Positions 61,513 to 64,000 of a stretch of DNA of 64,000 nucleotides are shown here, in pieces; position 1 is the stretch's first letter, and every line of letters starts with the position of its first letter. The translations under genes were made by a program, and so were the position numbers. The DNA lies in assembly GCA_038087875.1 (NCBI GenBank), contig CM075995.1, positions 10,542,001 to 10,606,000 of the forward strand. Reading direction: 5' to 3'. Origin of the DNA: Malacoraja senta. Lineage: Eukaryota. A model generated the notes under the pieces. The model ran no database searches. It had not been told where the DNA came from and saw only the letters and a list, made by a program, of their open reading frames with translations.

Positions 61513-62982
61513 TCACTCTGCACCACCTTGGGCAAACCGAACAACGAACATAATTGTCAATAACTTGTTGCCCACCTTTGTCCGAGGTAGAGGACCCACA
61601 CAATCAACTCGAATCCGCTCAAACGACTCACCGACCACAGGGATTGGATATAAAGGCGCAGGAACAATCGATTGGTTTGGCTTTCCTGCCACCTGGCAAA
61701 TGTGACAACACCTGCACTGCTGTTTCACGTCCTTTTTCAACCCTGGCCAAAAAAAATTCCGTAAGATACGCTCATTCGTCTTATTGACTCCCAAATGTCC
61801 ACCCAGAGGACCATCATGAGCCGTACAGAATATCTCGTCCCTATACCGACGAGGTATTACAATCTGATCAACCACGCTCCAATCATCATGCCCAGATACA
61901 TCCAAGGGAGACCACTTTCGCATCAGTAATCCCTCCCTTAGAAAACACCCCTTTGCTGTGGAATCCATGTCCCCCTCAGGCACCGCGCGGTCGAACAGCT
62001 CAGACAAACTTGGATCACTCTTTTGCTCCTCAACCAGCCGGTCACGTGACAGCGACACTGGCCCACTTTCAGTCACTATCCCCTCTTGAGATGTAGAAAC
62101 ACCCTTCAACACACAGGATCCCTCATCCTGATCTCCAAAAATGCTCTCACTCAGGTCCACTACATCCTCAAATTTCGCCTGGCTCTCAGCCAAAGCCCTC
62201 GTGACAGCACAAGCTGCGAAAACCTTCGGATTTTGCATATCCAACCCATCCAGACTCTGCACCATCGGAACTGCCATTACCTCAGGAGTAACCAAAACTC
62301 CATCTCCTGCCAAGTCATTCCCCAAAATTACTGAAACTCCCTCAATGGGAAAACACGGCCGTAACCCAACAGTTACCCGGCCTGAAACCAACTCGGACTC
62401 GAGACTCACGGTATGCACAGGCACTACCATGTCATCCATCCCGAATCCTACCACAGGGACACTTGACACAACCGATGATTCCGCAGAAAATGGCAGTACA
62501 CTATCCACTTTAAAGGACTGAGTAGCACCAGTATCTCGCAAGATGGATACTGGAACTCTATCACCCCCATCCTTCAGAGAAACACAACCATTCATGATTA
62601 ACGCAGAATAATCCCTACACTGATCAGACTCAGGCACCCCAGGTACCACAGGTGCCTTCTGTGTACCCACCAAAACCACAGTCTTTGCTTTTTTCTGCTT
62701 CAGAATGGGACACGCCCTTAAAATGTGCCCTTTCCCTTTACAATAGAAGCACACAGTACCTTCGTTAGTCCTCCAATTTGCGTCAACCTTATCAGCTCGG
62801 ACTTCCTCCTGTATCAACGTGCTGCCACTTGCAGGCACAGAAACACCTTTGACACTGCCACCGGCGACACAACCACGATCAACCGGCCGTGCACCAAAAC
62901 TATAGGAGCGCCCAACAAAATCAGTTTTATGAGTCAATACATACTCATCTGCCAACACCGCGGCCTTAGACACCTCATTCAC
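61513..62982 (-). pseudogene. Gag CCHC, protease and integrase HHCC (489-aa frame)
   Basis: CFYCKGKGHILRAC; LRDTGA; AHDGPLGGHLG..CHIC; VDCVGPLP. Confidence 0.88.
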
Positions 62983-64000
62983 CTTCTGCTCATTAAGGTA
63001 AGTAGTAACCCTCTAAGGGAGACAATCCCCAAAGTCTTCCATAATCCTATCTAATTCTTTCTCCCGCAGCCTCAACATTGCCCTCTTGGTTTCAAGAACC
63101 CTTTTGGTTTCCTCCTCAAGCTCAAGCCGTTTCATTTCAAGAACATGAGCATGCATGAGTTCATCCTTTTGTAAGGTGAACACCATCCTCTGTGACTCAA
63201 GCTCCATCTCCCTCATACCTCGATCAAACGACTCCTGACTAGGAGCCTCAATAAAGTCCTTCCATCTAGACTCCATATCAAATGTAGCCAAAGCACCAGC
63301 TAAACCCTGGGCACCATTGCTACCACAAACAGGGAAGAAAAATTTCCCTCACAACACACACAGACTTCTTCAGTCACCAGAAGCCTTCCAAAAAAAATCC
63401 CAAAACGTCTAGGGTCCTCAAAGCTTGGGACGAGCCCCCATTTTGTTACGACTCCCCGAAAGCAGGCAATCCAGAGCCGCGTAACACAGTTCAAAAGCCA
63501 GGTTTAAGTTCAAAAATAGTTTAATTATTTAATAACACACCAAAACTCCAACCTGATTTAAACAACCTAGACAAGGATATGAATGAATTAACAAACAACT
63601 TAAAATTGCTCAGGCCAGCCACGCGATGGACCGTCGAACCCGAGGCTCTAAACCTGCCTAAAAGAAAGCTATCCCTGAAACAAAAGACCGAAAACCTCTA
63701 AGGCCAGCCCAATCCAATATTTGGTACTACGTAATGTTGAAATTACACGAAGTTCAGTGCCATGTGGCTAGGCCTTCCACAGCTCACACCAGCATGGGCT
63801 CACGAGGCAGGGTCGTCGTCGAAAGAGAGAGGATTCTGGGAACTCTGCTATTTATACTTCAGATGAGTCACCCATCACCTGACGCAGCTTGGCCAATCGG
63901 GTACAGGAGCCTTTTAGCCTGCACTCGGGAAAGAAACAGAGATAGGTTAATACATAAGATTGACCAGGAGGTGGAGCGCGTCACACCCCCACCCAAAGAT

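Larger units (their letters stand above)
59118..63985 (-). mobile_element. Gmr1-like Gypsy LTR retrotransposon, internally deleted
   Basis: 542-bp LTRs 59118-59659 and 63444-63985 (about 18 substitutions by eye). PBS TGGGGGCTCGTCC (Pro). PPT GGGTGGGGG. Domain order gag-PR-IN-RT-RH. Confidence 0.95.

Noticed and set aside
1..64000. Host protein-coding exons or a prokaryote-type defence system
   Set aside because: Every recognisable ORF belongs to a transposon or retrovirus; small exons cannot be excluded without expression data

Overview
This window is eukaryotic, almost entirely transposon-derived and has no recognisable host gene. The repeat content (HER1-type CR1 LINEs with TTTCTATG tails, Penelope fragments with hammerhead cores) points to a cartilaginous fish, probably a skate or ray; this is an inference. 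From left to right it holds a satellite-bearing non-autonomous Helitron end (1-948), a decayed DIRS1-like retrotransposon with its full terminal architecture (1117-6779), a CR1/Penelope patchwork, and two apparently nested decayed endogenous retroviruses (13801-35700) that host a full-length L1 with intact ORF1 and a rearranged Gypsy element. Further right are tandem Helitron-like units with a Harbinger MITE, a Gypsy remnant, more CR1, a Tx1-like LINE with two fold-back duplications, a truncated L1 and a Gmr1-type Gypsy element in a shared-LTR tandem. The best candidate for something undescribed is a covarying hairpin shared by five GC-rich non-coding retroelements that end in different LINE-type tails. 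Other highlights are a tRNA-His copy that replaces part of the DIRS methyltransferase-like region and a TATA/splice-donor module in front of the Helitron satellites. All calls were made by eye and boundaries are approximate unless a TSD is quoted.
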